A DNA stretch of 63,135 bases, the filler included, from Reticulomyxa filosa (lineage: Eukaryota; Protista; Foraminifera), in NCBI GenBank assembly GCA_000512085.1. It is 22 parts of 22 records of this genome, joined end to end, with 100 filler letters (N's around TTAATTAATTAA, not from the genome) between each part and the next. Parts side by side here need not be neighbours in the genome. Positions count along the whole stretch, not along the records: positions 61,461 to 63,135 come from ASPP01000563.1; 21 more parts are not named here. One strand, given 5' to 3'. Of the stretch, positions 61,827 to 63,135 are shown in pieces. The notes below the pieces were generated by a model. It saw nothing but the letters and a program-made list of their open reading frames with translations. It was not told the origin of the DNA and did not search any database. The first letter of the stretch is position 1, and the number at the start of each line of letters is the position of its first letter. The position numbers were made by a program, and so were the translations under genes.

Positions 61827-63025
61827 ATGATAAAGTCTGCGTATAATCCTTTTCCCAGTGTATGTGGTGTCACAAATAGCACAAAGTATGATCCCACGCT
61901 AAAAGGTTTTTTGGTATTATCTCTATTGATATTAATGTGCGCGTTGGTGCCGCTGGCAGCTTTGTATTACAGCCTGCTTTGTAGTAACCGCAAGCAAGAG
62001 CACTTGAAGAAATTTTTCCGAGTAGCGACACTGGTATTAGGAACGGTATATATTGTGTCAAGTTTTATAAGTCCAGTGATGTTGATATCGTGTCTGCATC
62101 ACAAGTTGACATCGTTGCCAATATTGACGACAATTTACGTGTTGTTTTATTTCTTTGGAACGTTTAACATGTACCTCTATTCGTTGGGACGTTTGTACAT
62201 AACATTCCAGAACACGATATTTGAATTGCCGGAGAGGCATATATTTTTGTTGTCTCTGCCTTCTTGGATATGTTGGATTTTGGTGATTGTGCAAATATTT
62301 TTCTTTGCCTGGAGTTAGCAAAAGTGTTTCCGTTTCTGGAAAAGTGGAAGAAAAAAAGGGGGGAGGGGGAGGTCGAAAAAAAAAAAAAAAAAACAAGTAG
62401 TTGTATATTTATGCGAAAAGAAAATATATACATGTACACATATACAACAGATATCCGATGGTGGCCAATAGTGACCTGTTTAGCAGTGTCGATTGATATA
62501 GCAGCGTTCAAATTTTTATGTTTGTTATTTATCCGTCGTTTAATGTATCTTGTGACGCAGAGAAGGGATTCGATGGCAGTATCGCCGGTGAGCAGCAAAG
62601 ACAAAGACAAAGACAAAGAGATAAATGCCTCTGCAAGCATGTCGGGAGAGAGCAGTCATGACCCACAAGCACTGGAGTTAAACGAACGGCAACAGCAATT
62701 AGTGAACGTCATGACCAAGCATTGCGTATTGACGCTGACAACTGTCGCTACCACTTTTTGCTCCGCGATCTGGTCGTGCTATGTGATCACGACAGGCATG
62801 GGGCAAAGAGATTTCACGCTTTGGATCGGACTCATTGTGTCCAGTGTTAATGGCTGTGTCAATATTTGGTGTCTGTATTTGCAGTTTTCTTTCGCAAACA
62901 ACTACTACCGCTTCATTTGCTACTTTTTGGAAAAATTCGTTCACAGGCACTTTGTTCATAGAGTTGCTGCTCAGACTACTCGCATGATTGAAGTTGAGGT
63001 TCTTGCTAGTCAATCCATACGTTGA
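61827..63025 (+). CDS. Orphan 7-transmembrane (GPCR-like) protein, 2 exons
   Basis: ORFs 61734-62318 and 62264-63025 join in frame via intron 62314-62450. Seven hydrophobic segments with a long third cytosolic loop. Motifs 'GRLYITFQNT.F' and 'VNIWCLYLQFSFA'. Confidence 0.7.
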
Positions 63026-63135
63026 AATTTGGGTTACTCAAAATTGTACACTTTTTTTTTTTTTTGTATATTGTAACCCTTATTTTTTCTCATCTTTGGC
63101 TGATTGTACTTTAGTATATGAATGTGGCCTTTTTT

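Noticed and set aside
1-63135. tRNA, rRNA or other structured RNA genes
   Set aside because: None recognised by eye. tRNAscan-SE or Infernal would be needed to exclude them.

Overview
This window is not one locus. It is a concatenation of 22 short, unrelated contigs joined by an artificial 100-nt linker (44 N + TTAATTAATTAA + 44 N), so adjacency across linkers has no biological meaning. Almost all contigs come from an AT-rich, intron-rich eukaryote: short GT-AG introns, (TA)n/(CA)n/poly-A/poly-T tracts, poly-Asn/Asp/Glu coding runs and homopolymer-type frameshifts. The gene families (WD40 proteins with the 'W.R.L.IKLGWI.DF.KLV.KY' leader, TRAF-ZnF-WD40, orphan 7TM, HSPA12-like, CAP-Gly) point to a foraminiferan such as Reticulomyxa filosa; this is inference. 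Recognisable genes or fragments include a TPR + 2xSAM protein, GlnRS N-terminus, CHMP3/Vps24, uL30/RLP7-like, nicotinamidase, an NT-C2 + Dilute protein, AARSD1/AlaX, an RGS protein, HSPA12-like, a tubulin start, TBC+PH RabGAP, CLPTM1, a vacuolar sorting receptor, STI1/HOP, a voltage-gated channel fragment and several pseudogenes. Two contigs stand out. (1) 38576-41181 holds a ~129-bp tandem array of ~15 units with conserved flanks, a small hairpin and a hypervariable core; on the minus strand it reads as serially duplicated mini-exon/intron cassettes downstream of a Pro/His/Gln/Thr-rich exon. (2) 41282-42555 is an intronless bacterial contig carrying a frameshifted Rickettsiales-type virB6, cut on one side by an IS1-family end and on the other by an IS5-family (ISL2-group) end, i.e. 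a probable decaying endosymbiont genome fragment. All family calls are by motif recognition only; no searches were run, and exon boundaries were read by eye.
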